Sequence record: PP496441.1
Strand: one strand, 5' to 3'
Length of the DNA: 64,000 nt
Shown here: positions 63,591 through 64,000 of the stretch, one piece after another
Numbering within the stretch: the first letter of the stretch is position 1
Layout: each line of letters starts with the position of its first letter
Program-made: the position numbers and the translations under genes
Notes under the pieces: model-generated
Databases searched by the model: none
Told to the model about the DNA's origin: nothing
Seen by the model: the letters and a program-made list of their open reading frames with translations, nothing else

Positions 63591-64000
63591 GTGAATATAT
63601 TCTTCGTCCACGCTGATCCTGTTATTGCCGCAAGCATGCTCTGCGACCAGCATGTGACTAAGATGATAACCGAGTCAATCCAGATGCTGTGTACGGCGCA
63701 CCGATGGTTCGGTAACGAAGATATGCCGTATGCCTCGATGAACCCGAACCATCGGTGCAACATCTGGGTCCGGGAGTCCACTGAGAACTATCGGTGGTTA
63801 TGGCGGCACGCCCATGCGCTGGCGCTGGTGGCAGCGTCCCGATACGGGGCTGTACGCTCGCAGGCGGTGACTTTGTTGTCCCGACTGATCGATGCCCCGG
63901 CTGGCGTCGAACGCGGCGCCTTGACGATCCCAGCGGCTGCTATAAGTGAGCCGCCCGGTTCCCCAATCCCACCGGAGTACTTGCAAGCATGGCGGGAGAG
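63591..64000 (+). CDS. Pyrimidine-dimer DNA glycosylase/endonuclease V family (partial; not in the ORF track)
   Basis: GTG start: MNIFFVHADPVIAASMLCDQHVTKMITESIQML...NHRCNIWVRES...NYRWL. Confidence 0.8.
   Translation, partial: MNIFFVHADPVIAASMLCDQHVTKMITESIQMLCTAHRWFGNEDMPYASMNPNHRCNIWVRESTENYRWLWRHAHALALVAASRYGAVRSQAVTLLSRLIDAPAGVERGALTIPAAAISEPPGSPIPPEYLQAWRE

Noticed and set aside
1-64000. tRNA, rRNA, CRISPR array, integrase/transposase or introns
   Set aside because: No cloverleaf or T-loop signatures, regular repeat-spacer arrays, recombinase motifs or split genes were detected by eye; tRNAscan-SE or Infernal would be needed for certainty

Overview
This is a 64-kb segment of a large (jumbo-type) myovirus genome, estimated at roughly 55-60% GC, with no host-like genes, tRNAs, rRNAs or CRISPR arrays seen. 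The gene set resembles, from memory and unverified, the PaBG/Lu11/phiRSL1-type jumbo phages. From left to right it contains: (1) an NAD-dependent DNA ligase truncated by the window edge, a HExxH protein and an Acb1-like anti-CBASS 2H phosphoesterase; (2) a mostly minus-strand virion module with neck-like proteins, tail tube, a 947-aa sheath carrying four inserted repeats, a tail terminator-like protein, major capsid, decoration-like and scaffold-like proteins, interrupted by a plus-strand RuvC-like resolvase operon; (3) a SWIM protein and a 928-aa PolA-superfamily polymerase with no recognisable exonuclease domain, next to an ~820-bp non-coding region with G-quadruplex motifs; (4) a block of small sigma70-driven genes, RNase H and a UvrD helicase; (5) a catalytically degenerate second LigA; (6) an ~12-kb biosynthetic-type cluster of two QueC-like enzymes, a Gly-rich protein, four divergent Fem/ATE1-type dupli-GNAT proteins, a PurD-like ATP-grasp ligase, two SAM methyltransferases and a lysine 2,3-aminomutase, which is the best candidate for an undescribed system; and (7) type IIA topoisomerase B/A, DnaJ, HAD phosphatase, HNH, a possible divergent sigma factor, a dNMP-kinase-like P-loop protein and a pyrimidine-dimer glycosylase. 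Three promoter classes are visible: host sigma70, a phage GTAAATR motif and a GTATGTAATT motif. All family calls are by motif recognition by eye; no searches were run.
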